A DNA stretch of 64,000 nucleotides from Mytilus trossulus (taxonomy: Eukaryota). Shown piece by piece: positions 13,247-25,188 of the stretch (within the stretch, counting starts at the first letter, position 1; every line of letters starts with the position of its first letter). Below the pieces are notes generated by a model. The model worked only from the letters and a program-made list of their open reading frames with translations. It had not been told where the DNA came from and ran no database searches. Location: assembly GCF_036588685.1 (NCBI RefSeq), contig NC_086382.1, forward strand, positions 39,060,001 through 39,124,000, read 5' to 3'. The translations under genes were made by a program, and so were the position numbers.

Positions 13247-15177
13247 CTACAAACACATTTCTATCTAGAATTTTTAAAATGTTAAAAATAGCTTTTGTTT
13301 TAGATAAAGAATCTGAAAGTTAAAAAAAAAGTGTTGGTATACGCGTAAGATTTTTTTTATTTTGCTAAGTGAGACATTGAGATATGACTAAGAGCTACCC
13401 ATTACATGAAAATTGAGACTGGAGCGTCTAGTTTTTATCTTATATCAATTTTCTATCGTTCAAACTGTGCTCATGTTAAGAAGGGTTGTTGTTCTTTCTC
13501 GTATACCGTAACACCTTCGGCTGTTATCTGCTCTATGGTCGGGTGGTTGTCGCTTTGACATATTCACCATTTCCTTTCTCAATTTTAAACAATATTTGAT
13601 CAATACAACAGTAACTTACCATACGTAAGAAACAGTTTTTTTCAAAGGATCTCCTGTCTTATCCCTAAAATGTTGTCAATTATCAATTATTCCAAACGTT
13701 CAATATTGTTTTATTCTCAGGATCTTGCATTCATTAAATGACAACACTTACAATTTTAGATGTCGTTCACATCTTTAAGATTTCCTTGTGGATTTTGTAA
13801 ATCAAACAAGATTAAAACAAACCAATTACAAAAGAATATATAACATATTTATATATTACAATGTGAACCGATTAAGATAATCCGAATTAAGTATTTGTTT
13901 ATAAAATACTTTATTATGAAGGACACCTTCAATGATACATTTACATTTCAATTGTTATAATATGTTTAAAAGAAAGAAAACAATCGTAAATAATCACATG
14001 TTCTTCTAATGCGTTTACTTTAAAATTTACTACTCATCAGAGAAGAGAAATAACACATCATAATATACCAAGTCGATGAAAATTATTACAAAAAGAATTT
14101 GTTCGGCATCCTCACAATAATCACCATCTATTAATATATGATACGAATAGTGTATTTTAAATTAATTATGTGGACTTTTGTTTATCTCAATTAAGTCCTA
14201 ACAAAAAATAACATGTTCTTCCACAAAAAGAAAAAAACCCTGAGGAAATAAAAAAAAACTCAAATAAGATCAAGGCCAGATTCATTGACAAGTTACCAAG
14301 CGGTAGAGCTTTGATTTGCATTCGGTGACTGTTTGTTTCCTTATGTCGATAATAAATTCGTTGCTTTGTGTTTTAATTTTGAGGGAAGGACTATTTTCAG
14401 CTGTACTGTTCTTGCTGTAACAACGCTGTCTCACAAAGGAAATGGTTTGACGGTTGCAGGCATTTTGATGGTTATCGTTGTATGCTGTATGTTTTAATTT
14501 CTTTTGTGTTTTTGTCACAAATGAGTTAATTTGGGGTTTTCGTTTGCATGGTTTCAGACGTTGTCTTGTCGTTGTTTGTAGTATTCAACTATACAGGAGT
14601 AGTTTTTTTCTATATCACTATCTTATCAACACTTAGGTTGTCAGTTTTCAAAACATATAGCGTTAAACAACCATTCATCATTCAATCAAAACGGCCTATA
14701 AACGTTTTCGAATTACGTAATTTGTACCTTATAGCGCCCTTAAAGCTTTAAATGAAGTTGAAAATCAAAAGACTTCGAAACAGTTCAATAATACTTGTTC
14801 CGTGTATTCTATTATTTATTTTTCACTGATTAATTATTCGTTAGTTGTTCTTCAGTTTAATTTTTCATGAACACAAAACCTCATAGACATTTCTGTGTTT
14901 TTGGCTGTGATTGTTTTAGACCACATAAGACATCTTTTAAACATGCTTCTTTTGAATAACCTTGTTTTGGTTGGTTATTTTCTTTTTGGCATTTTATCTA
15001 CAAACTTTTTAATTATAGAAAGACTCAAAAAAGGAATTTTATAAGGCTATGCATAATATGTAATAGATACTACGTGACCATATTCATAATGTAATATATC
15101 TGATTTCTTATCTTTAGATTGTGAATATTATTCAAAGTACTAAATTACAGTTAAGACATTTGTTTACGTTGTCAAAA

Positions 15178-18100
15178 ATGATAGATTTAACCGTATGGTT
15201 TTCGCTGTATACAGTCCTTACTGGAATGGTAAGTACAGAAGACCAGAACCGTCACAAGCGTATTCTACTCAATGATCTAGATGTTATAAATTCGAGGCTT
15301 ATTAACCTAGAGAAAGCAATGCAGGACGTGGTTCGCCTAACCCAACAACAACAGTCAACCATAGCATAACTTCAAACAGAGGTAGCACAGGAAAAAGAAA
15401 ATGTTTCCCAAGCTTTGTTAAATGGTAAGAAAATTATCACTTATTTTTTTGTCAGACACAAAAATTATGCATTAAGCAAATTTAACCTTTGCTGGTAACC
15501 TAATTGTCAAGATTAAAAGGTATGATGTATTCGAAAACTAGTTTAACACCGATATATTTATTCATTTGTTTTGCCGTTTTGACGGACCTCATACGCGTAA
15601 GTGGATGTCTAACGAATTATATTCTCATTTTGGAATATGTTGTTGATCTTTATCAAATCTGTTACAGTAGTAAGGTTATTCACTACTTTTTATCATTTGC
15701 AATTTTAAAGTAAAATGTCTTCTGCCGAATACCGTATTTTGAGCTTTATTGGTATCTTTGGATTTTGTGTTGTTGAGTTACTATTTCTTTGGTTCAGACC
15801 CATATACTTTTATTTTGTATATAGCAACTTATTGAGTATTCACAATCAGAGAGGTAAAAAAGTTAAAACTATATAGAAAGTAAGAAGTGCCTTCTACTTG
15901 ACTGGTATCAGATCACGTTTTGAGTATATTAAGTTCAAAACAGATGTGATAACAGCTCAGTGTTTATTGGCTCATTATTTTATTTGAATGTTAACACGTT
16001 ATGTTCTTGGTGAGATCTATTTTTGAATGTTCAAATTTGAATAACCGATGTTTATTGAACTCGATTTAATGTTGATTGTTTCACCTTTCTACATAATATG
16101 CCTCAAAGCTCCTGGTGATGAGATCGTTTAAATTTGCCTCATGCAAATGTTGGGCTAAATATGGGTGTGCATAAAAAAGCACTAACAATTAAAGGAACTG
16201 AATAATTGCATCGAAAGCATTTTATAATTTTTGAAACCCTCCGAAACCTCCCGTAGTACTGATTGACAGAAGTTGTTTTAAAGACATTCATGGAGCAACT
16301 ATCTACACACATCGGTAGACAATGACACGCAACATTCGGCATATGCCTGTCTCGCTCAAAAACGTGCTCTAGTGGCTGTTGTTGATCGGTGTCTACCTTA
16401 GATATAGTTCTCTATTGTAAAACCTACTTTTTGGAACTGTATGATATTTGATCATGCCAAGACATTTTACAGATTAAATAAATTGATATTCGCAGGGATC
16501 TCCATGGATGAAAATTTCACCATGCAGAAAAGCTTAACTTGAAAACAAAATCATGATTGCCATCGAAATCAATTTTACGTGCCTAAGAAAAAAAAGGCTA
16601 GTTAAGAAAGAGTGATATGAGCAATGATACCCATTTTAGTATACGTCAATAGAATAATTCGATATTTTAAATTTTTTGTTCATCGTTGTACGCCGCACGT
16701 GACTTTTTGTTGATAAATTATCCTTGTATTTTGGTCTTTGGTAGAAACTTTCTCATAAACAATTAATCATACATTATCATTAATATTGAAGATCCAATGT
16801 CATTTTATATTTTTAAGTACATTTTGCAAAAAAATGCTGAATGAATTATATATTTTGACCAGTGTAAAAATTATTTGGAATATTCTTATCGAAATATATT
16901 TTATTAATACTTCCAGATCTTATGATGCCGTCATATTCATTTTTTATTTAAGACAGGGGGTCTACGTATATTCGCTGGGGACGCAAACAATGTAGCGGAG
17001 TCAATACAGAGATGCTATACACAGGTACTTAGATATTTTCTAGAAGAATTAAATATCAAAAAAGTTATAAAGAGTGATTATGTTAAAAAGAATTTTATTT
17101 TTTTATTTTGTTTATACATCTGATTTTACAAAATAGAAAATGTTACGTGTCCAATAAATGTATTTCTGAATCAGCTTCACGGAACTCTCCAATTAATTTT
17201 ATATCTTTAAAGGTTTGCATAGTATTCACGCGAACACTAGATGAGCGCTTTTTAGAAAATATGTTGTAAAAATCAGATTTTCTTTAACCAAAAAAACAAG
17301 AAGAATTACACGAAAAGCGTAAAGAAACAATGCATGGTTGTTTCTCATGGGAACAACGTTATTGAGCCCTTTATATATGGTGTAACGAAATCTTTAAATA
17401 AGACTTAACAAGGCTTATTAAAAAATTGTCACATTTTTGCTGTTGTTAAAATGCATAACATTTACGTGTTGCTTAGTCTTTAGTTTTCTATTTTGTGTCT
17501 TTTTAGCCATTGCGTTGACAGTTTATTTCTATGAATTTGAGTCTCCCTATGGTATCTTTCGTCCCTCTTTTAGTCCACTTTTGTGTTTTCTGGATGAATT
17601 TCAAAATTCCAATGAACAACTACATCTAGTCATCATAGTCCAAATGACTATGATGTTATTAAGGGACTATGTAAAATAAGGTTTTGTATTTTTGCCAATG
17701 AAAGTTTGAAACAACTATCCAGCAAAGTCCAAAATAAATATTTAAGAAACGTTAGGTCTTTTAAAACAATCAGCAAAACATTTACCCATGGATACTTTTA
17801 ATATAGAGTCATATATGAAATGCCACCACATAACAAAGCAATAAACGAAAAACAAATATGGCATCAACAAACGACAACCATAGAATAACATGTTATCAAT
17901 TATCACTGTACTAGTATACATATCTTTAAGGGACCAGCTGAAGGACGCCTACGGGTGCTGAAATTTTTCGCTACATTGAAGACTCATTGTTTGCCTTCGT
18001 CTGTTGTCTGCTCTACGGTCGGGTTGTTGTCGGTTTAATACATTCACCATTTCCTTTCTCAATTTTGTTTCTGACTTGGCACGTGGACAGAACAATAAGG

Positions 18101-19151
18101 AGGGATTTATTCGCGAGCGTTTAATTCTCTTTTTAATTGGAACAGTGGTGCGACAAAACCAACTTCAAACTGATTGACTCATCAGATCCAAAGCAAGAAA
18201 AATATATAACATTAAAACAAATGTCGCAACGCACCGATCTATGAACTTTTATAGTTCAAAGCCAATGACAGAAAAAATATCAGCATGTGCAAAGGCCGTG
18301 TTTTGTTAATGTCAACTTGAAGAAGCCTTCTTCTGGTTATTGCCTAAAAAAATATATTCTCACATTTTCACCACACTTATGTTTTTGTTATCATTATTTT
18401 AAGAATTACTAAATTTCTGTAGCTTTTTATTTTGAAAAAGATTTAAAATTAAAAAACATCTGCGAATTTGCAATTAATGTATGTTAGAAGGATTTTATCG
18501 CAAAATTGGTAGGTTTTTTTTTTAACTTAATGCAACATTTGAAAAAAAAGGAAAGAACAATCGCAAACCCATTTAATCGACAAAGTATAAATTGATGTAT
18601 AGATATGCAATTTGTTTCGAAAATTGTTTAACTTAATATGTCTTGTATAACAATTTAAAATGTATAATATGTGTTTTTAAGGGTTTGCAGCAGGCCAAGA
18701 ATATCAACATACTCATAATTATGGCGATCCAGCTAATATGTTATGCCTACCAATCAATCCTGAACTAAGCAATAGAACAACACCAGGTAGCAGCTTATTG
18801 GTGGGAACAGAATATGAAGATGGAAACTTCTTTGCTAATGGTGCTCAAGATGAAGATGTTCCGTGTGCACTATGCAGAAGCGCAAATACATCATCATCCA
18901 TAATGATACCTGGCAGGCAATCATGTGATCATGGTTGGAAAATGGAATTTCATGGTATATTGGCATCGGGTAGCTATACCCAAAAACCATCAACGTACAT
19001 CTGCCTTGACAGTCATCCCGAATTTTTACAAGCTGGACAAGATAACAAAGATGGTCGTTTACTGTATGCTACCCGGACTAAGTGTGGATATTTGGCCTGT
19101 CCTCCTTATGTTGACAACATGGCTATAAACTGTGTGGTTTGTTCTAAATAA
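15178..19151 (+). pseudogene. Short-chain collagen C4-like gene copy A with nonsense codon (exons 15178-15424, 16953-17024, 18682-19151)
   Basis: Signal peptide, HKRILLND.D, coiled coil; 72-nt STYIRWGRKQC exon; GFAAG..MLCLP..DVPCALC..CPPY..CVVCSK exon; all phase-1 GT-AG introns. TAA at 15367-15369 where copy B has CAA. Confidence 0.8.
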
Positions 19152-19379
19152 AGCATCAACATATTGATAAATTTTTTCTGCAATGGTTGAGTGCAATTTT
19201 CCGAGATTAGATTTTAATCGATCTTTTCATCAAGAACTAATAACCCTACAATAGGTAAGGGAATAAAACAACATTGGAAAATTACATGGAATATTCAAAA
19301 TCTATTGTAACAAACACAGAACAGACAATATATCAACCCCAATAAAATCAACGAATTAAAAATTTTAGAAGTTGTAAAG

Positions 19380-19625
19380 AAAAAATGCGAAAAAAATAAC
19401 AACAACCCTAGTCCTAACGATCATTTGAACCTATAGCTATCGCTCGAAATTAAAAAGACACCGCATGATTGGAAACATGCTTATATTGCACCAGTTTACA
19501 AAATATTACAACAATCTTAAAACTACAAGCCATTTTTCTGATTTTTATGTGCTACAAGTTATTCAAAACACATCATTAATCATCTTGAGTGTATAGTTTC
19601 TGGTACTATCTCCAGCATGCTTGGT
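19380..19625 (+). mobile_element. Degenerate LINE (CR1/L2-like) RT fragment
   Basis: Translates TPHDWKHAYIAPVYK...NYKP...IINHLE, matching the non-LTR RT N-terminal P.DWK.A...P.YK...NYRPI motif. Confidence 0.6.
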
Positions 19626-22201
19626 TTAGTCATTCACAGCCATCAAAAAGTAATTAAAACACCTGACATCAATATATAGTTAACTTTACTAAGTATTTGT
19701 TATGTACCACATAGCACAGTTTTATTTTCGATCCCGTAAAGAACTAAGTAATTCAAGCGATTTAAAGAATATGTTATATCCGCCACCAATGATCGACTCT
19801 TATCAAGTAGATGATTAAGTTGAGTCTTTAAAATTATTAACGAAGAGAAGCGAAAGACACCAGAGGAACATTCAAATTCATAAGTCGAAAATAAACTGAC
19901 AACGCCATTGGTAAAAGGTAAATGAATAGACAAACAGACACATAATAGTTCACAAGAATCAACATAAATAACTATAGACTGAGCAACACAAACTTCAACA
20001 AAAACTTCGGGTGATATCAGGTGCTCCGAAAGGATAAGCAGACCCTACTTCACATGTGGCACCCGTTTCTCAGGTTTTAACAGACCAGGTAAATAGCATA
20101 ATTCGGAATGTCCCGTTCGTGAAAAGTGAACTGAATTATAGTAACGGCATAAGCAGCATATCCGATATCATCTGTGAAACGAATATTCCATAACGGTCGA
20201 CCAACTCGTTAAGGTATTCGTATCTAGATGTCAGAAAAAAAGTTTCAGATACTATTTATCTTGAAAAACATACGAGTAATTGATTGTTTCGTAAAACTTT
20301 GAATAGATTAGGGTCAAGGTGGCAGGTAGAAAATTTCAAAAGGCAGATCGAATTATTAATTTTCATTTTTGATCGTAGTATTCAGCGCTTTTTACTACTA
20401 CTATCAAATAAAAAATGGTTTATTCGACCTTCCTTTCTATCAACTTTTTGTTTAACCATCGTGAGTCACGGTATTTTGATCTCGACTGACGCTTTCTATA
20501 TGAAATTGTTTTATGAAATAAATAAAGCCTGTAAAAACGTTTACATGACATAATTGCTTAGCCTTGTTCAAACTACACGACACGATTAGTCAAGACAATC
20601 ATAACACATGAAAGTCGCTTGAAACTTGAACAGATTATTGAAATCTTTAAAACAAAACAATATACGAGAAAAAACAGTATACTAAAATATGCAACAACAA
20701 AAAAATGTAAAGTAGGATTGGAATAAGTAAATAAAATTTATTTAAAAAAAAAGCCTGAATTGACAGAATCTCATGACTTGGTTTGAAGCTCATTGTTTTG
20801 GGGTTTTTTTTGTTTTTTTTTCCAGTTTCCAACAGTTGATAGTTAGCATTAACATTCATGTTAAAGGTTGGATAATATTTTTTTTACAAAAACTATTGAT
20901 AACAACTTGACTTGTGTATTGTTTGTTGACTTATATTCATTCAAAACACACACACCACATAGAGGGGTAAGACACTCATCGCGACATCGTAAGCATATTT
21001 AAGTTAAAGAGGTAAAACCAATTTTTTGAATTAATGATGAGAAATAATTACAGCCCGGTAGATAGCATATGTGCATTTGGCTTGCGTAAATTTCTACATA
21101 AGATGGTACAATCAATTATTCTGATTGAGAAGATTGAAAGAGAAATTTCATGTTAATTGATGGATTTGACAGAAAAACATTGACTTAAATAAAGGTGTAT
21201 ACTAATGATAAACAACTCGCAAAGGACAGATTTCAAAAGAATAACACTACAAATTTTGAGCGAATGAAGAGTTTTTTCCCTCTTCAGGTAAGGACAAACT
21301 TAAACATTAAAAAGCCAGTAATGTTTAGATACAAAGAAACTAAAGGAGCAGAATGACCAAAATGACCATGTTCCTTTACTTATAATGGTCTACTATAATT
21401 ATTGTGACTAAGATAGAGAGTTGTTACATACTCATATCGCATGTTACTATATCTATTAAATGAAAGCCAATTCATCACCTTGAGCACAAGGTGTTAGAAC
21501 ATTAGTATCTCAATGTTTTCGTCATTTATCAAGACGTAGTTTTAAAATATATATGTTAAATCAGGTCAGTACGAAAGCAATAACTACTAGGTGAATGACG
21601 ACCTCTAAGATTTATGGTCCATCATTTTCAGAAACGGTCTTTTGATAAGGTTTGCGAATAAAGGCAACCAATACATATATATTGACATTAAAAACATATG
21701 ATTCATCAAAGGCGAAAAAAATGTTTTGTTTTTTGCTATACGGGAACAACCAACAATTTATAATTAATCAAAATTAACGATAACCAAACATGCGAAGTGT
21801 ATTTTAGGCGTAAGGGTTCTGCAGGTTTTAAATAAGAGAACCTTCCTTTTACGATTAGTTGTCTATCAGATTTATATTATCTCACTATAAAGCATTTGAA
21901 TACGAAAAATAAAGTACGAAGTTGAAGCTCTTTGAGGACCAAAATTCCTAAAAGTTTTGCCAAATACAGCTAAAGTAGTCTATGCCTGAGGTAGAAAATC
22001 CGTAATTTTTCAAACAATTCAAAAATTTGTTAACAGTAAATTTATAAATATAACCATATCAATGAAAATTCATGTCAGCACAAAAAGTGCTGACTACTGG
22101 GCTTGTGATACCCTCGGGGGAATATATCTCCAACAGTAGTGGCATCGACCCAGTGGTTGTAAATAACCTCATCATAGATTCCAGTACCAAATTTAGTAAA
22201 T

Positions 22202-22245
22202 ACGCCAGACGCGCGTTTCGTCTACAAATGACTCATCAGTGACGC
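22202..22245 (-). ncRNA. Type I hammerhead ribozyme
   Basis: gcgtca CTGATGA gtc-atttgta-gac GAAA c-gcgc-GTC tggcgt; stems I-III pair; predicted cut between 22208 and 22207. Confidence 0.85.
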
Positions 22246-22566
22246 TCGAATCCAAAACAGTTAAAAAGATCAAATACGGTACGAAAAAGTATAGCATTGA
22301 GGACCAAAATTCCTTAAAATTTGCCAAATACAGCTAAGGTAATCCATGTCTGAGGTAGAAAAGCCTTAGTTTTTCAAAAAATTCAAAAAAATTGTAAACA
22401 GGAAATTTATAAATGTAATCAAATCACTGACAATTCATGTCAGCACAAAAAGTGCTGACTACTGGGCTTGTGAAACTCTCGGGGAAATAAATCTCCATCA
22501 GCAGTGGCATCGACCCAGTGGTTGTAAATAAACTCATCATAGATACCAGGACTAAATTTGGTATAT

Positions 22567-22610
22567 ACGCCAGACGCGCGTTTCGTCTACAAAAGACTCA
22601 TCAGTGACGC
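22567..22610 (-). ncRNA. Type I hammerhead ribozyme
   Basis: gcgtca CTGATGA gtct-tttgt-agac GAAA c-gcgc-GTC tggcgt; intact core; predicted cut between 22573 and 22572. Confidence 0.9.
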
Positions 22611-22889
22611 TCGAATCCCAAAAAGTTTAAAAGGCCCAAATAAAGTAAGAAGTTGAAGTGCATTGAGGACCAAAATTCCTAAAAACTTTGTCAAATACAG
22701 CTAAGGTAATCTATGCTTGAGGTAGAAATCCTTAATTTTTCTAAAAAATATCATAAACAGTAAATTATAAATATAACTATATCATTACACAATACGTGAC
22801 TCCATTCAAGATTTGATTTCTTATCTTGACAATGCCTATACTTCTACACCTACAATCGACGTTGATAAAGTCATTTGCATATATTCCAA

Positions 22890-23223
22890 ATGGCAATTGT
22901 TACCGTATTATTTTCGTTGTGGATTGTTCAATTGCAACTGGTGAATACTGCAGACGAATTCCAACACAAACGTCTCCTACTCAATGATCCAGATGTTATA
23001 AATTCGAGGCTGGTAAACCTAGAGAAATCAATGCAGGACATGGTTCGCCTAACCCAACAACAACAGATAATGCAGTCAACCATAGCACAACTACAAACAC
23101 AAAATACCAATACGCAGTCAGCGATGGCTCAACTTGAAACTAAAAATACCAATATGCAGTCAACCATTACACAGCTACAAACAGAGCTAACACAGGAAAA
23201 AGAAAAAGTGTCTTTGTTAAGTG
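22890..23223 (+). CDS. Short-chain collagen C4-like gene copy B (intact, 291 aa), exon 1: signal peptide plus coiled coil
   Basis: MAIVTVLFSLWIVQLQLVNT hydrophobic leader, HKRLLLNDPD, Gln/Thr heptads; donor G|GTAAG at 23224 (phase 1). Confidence 0.85.
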
Positions 23224-23682
23224 GTAAGATAATCGTCTTGTTTTCGATAAAAGTATTTTGTTAGAAAAAACTTAGGGCAAAGCTGGCACTGAACTTGGGT
23301 TGCAGGCCAGTTTACAAGACGCGCTTGGATTTGACGATTTTATATTACTCATGAAAAGGTTTACCAAAAAAACCTTGTTTGAAAGGTCTATAATTTGTTT
23401 TTCTTCACTGAAGATTGAAATCTGAATCACTTGCTGCAACATATATAAAGCATAATTTTTTTAATGACACAAACATATATATATAGCCGTCCCGCTAGAC
23501 CAAACGACCACCTGAGCAATCGCCAATGGTAGTCAGCAGGGTCAAACAACATCAGTTGTTCGACCTGTTAGTCAAATGCGTTTTGTTTAAATATACTTTT
23601 TCACTTTTTTGTTCTTCTGGAAAATCAAAAGTGTACATAACAACACCAATAACACAAAAAGGAACTATAAATGTAATAATTT

Positions 23683-23720
23683 ATAAATATTTCGGATAAC
23701 AGATATCCTTCGTCAGTCAG
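23683..23720 (-). ncRNA. Candidate minimal hammerhead (Penelope-type)
   Basis: Minus strand CTGACGA-a-GGAT atctgtt ATCC-GAAA-tatt-TA with palindromic AAATATTT stem III; stem I not evident. Confidence 0.45.
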
Positions 23721-24217
23721 ATTCTGTGGCCGGGTGTTACCTTTCCACGTCAGTTTCAATCTAGCGTCGTACTACAGTACATGATAAATAAGGCATGGAG
23801 ATGTTATCTTTACAGATCAGCTAAATTATCTATAATAAAGGGTTCTACAAATTAAGGTAAGATACAGTCACAGAAAATAATTACCGTTCCTCGTCAGTAT
23901 ATATATATATATACAATTTTCAGATCTAACAATGTTGGGTTGATGTTAAGACGAGTTGTATATACATAATGTCCACAGCCATGTGTCACAATCACTGCTG
24001 GTGTTTTAGAGTTGTCACTGGCTCAGACGTATTTATGAATATAATTATTTTCTGTGACTGCATCTTTCATTAATTTTTATGATGTTTAACTATAGGTAAT
24101 TAAGCCTATGTGTAAAAATAACATATCCATGCCTTATATATCACTTACTGTAGTACGAAGCTAGATTAAAACTGTCTTGGAAAGGTAACACCCGGCCACC
24201 GAAAGCTGAATTTTTTA

Positions 24218-24572
24218 TGAAGCCCAGGTAGTCGTGTGGTTTAGCGGGACGGTTATAGTGCAGGCGATTTGGTGTCACGATATCTCGGTAACATGGGTTC
24301 GAATCCTGGCGAGAGAAGAACAAAAAATTTGCGAAAGCAAATTTATAGATCTAACATTGTTGGGTTGATGTTTAGATCACACGACCACCTGGACTTCATG
24401 AAGCCCATGTGCTTGTGGTCTAGCGGTACGGCTACGCTACAGTGCAGGCGATTTGGTGTCACGATATCTTAGTAGCATGGGTTCGAATCCCGGCGAGGGA
24501 AGACAAAAAAAGTTGTCGAAAGCAAATTTACAAATCTAACATTGTTGGGTTGATGTTTAGACGACTTGTATA
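24218..24572 (+). mobile_element. Two tandem tRNA-derived SINE-like copies
   Basis: A box TGGT(T/C)TAGCGG and B box GGTTCGAATCC in each copy (24218-24376, 24399-24572); ends in (TA)n; partial copies at 23487-23516 (-) and 23921-23962. Confidence 0.75.
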
Positions 24573-25116
24573 TAAATATATATATATATATAGTGAAATA
24601 CTGTTACTGTCACAGGTTATAGGAATCAAGTTTTTCTTTTTTTAGTCCAAAAGTGAGGAATTCACTGTCCAGTGATATTAAAAAATCAAAAATTATATCT
24701 GTATTCAAATACTCTTAAAAGTCATTATTTTTTTTAAACGTGTGAAATTTATAAGTTAAGCCACAATGCATACTATAAATGTTTTTGTTGTTGTTATATC
24801 TTTTTATATACATTTTACTTCTATTGTTTACATGTGTGTGATAGTAGATTATTTATGTTTTATTCATACAGTTCACATTGTCTGTAGAAGTTATATTTTT
24901 AAATATAACCTACTTTTTAACGTAGATGTCCAACATATGAAGGGAGACATCAGTTATAAATTCGTTCATATCATTTTTGTTTTGATGTGTAAACATGTAT
25001 AAAGTTGTATTCGTATACTTGAATGTTATTTATCAAGTAATATTGCATTGTAATTTCCATATACATGATAACAGTGTTAAGATAAATATTCTTTTTTCAA
25101 TTTCTTTTTTCATAAG

Positions 25117-25188
25117 ATAGGGGATCAACGTATATTCGCTGGGGACGTAAACAATGTAGTGGATTGCACACAGAGATAATGTACACAG
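25117..25188 (+). CDS. Short-chain collagen C4-like copy B, exon 2
   Basis: Polypyrimidine tract plus AG; 72 nt (D)RGSTYIRWGRKQCSGLHTEIMYT(G); donor CAG|GTATAC; same length in all three copies. Confidence 0.9.

Larger units (their letters stand above)
21908..22785 (-). mobile_element. Tandem retrozyme-like array, ~365-bp unit x ~2.4
   Basis: gaggaccaaaattcct at 21934, 22299 and 22665; two units carry a minus-strand type I hammerhead and a gtcagcac-aaaaa-gtgctgac hairpin. Confidence 0.85.

Noticed and set aside
15367-15369. Programmed readthrough or selenocysteine at in-frame stops of copies A and C
   Set aside because: Stops are TAA at different positions and copy C also has frameshifts; ordinary pseudogenisation is simpler.
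21908-22785. CRISPR array or simple satellite
   Set aside because: No unique spacers, eukaryotic context; hammerhead cores explain the repeat.
24218-24572. Functional tRNA genes
   Set aside because: A and B boxes are present, but no canonical cloverleaf and a shared non-tRNA 3' tail indicate a SINE-like element.
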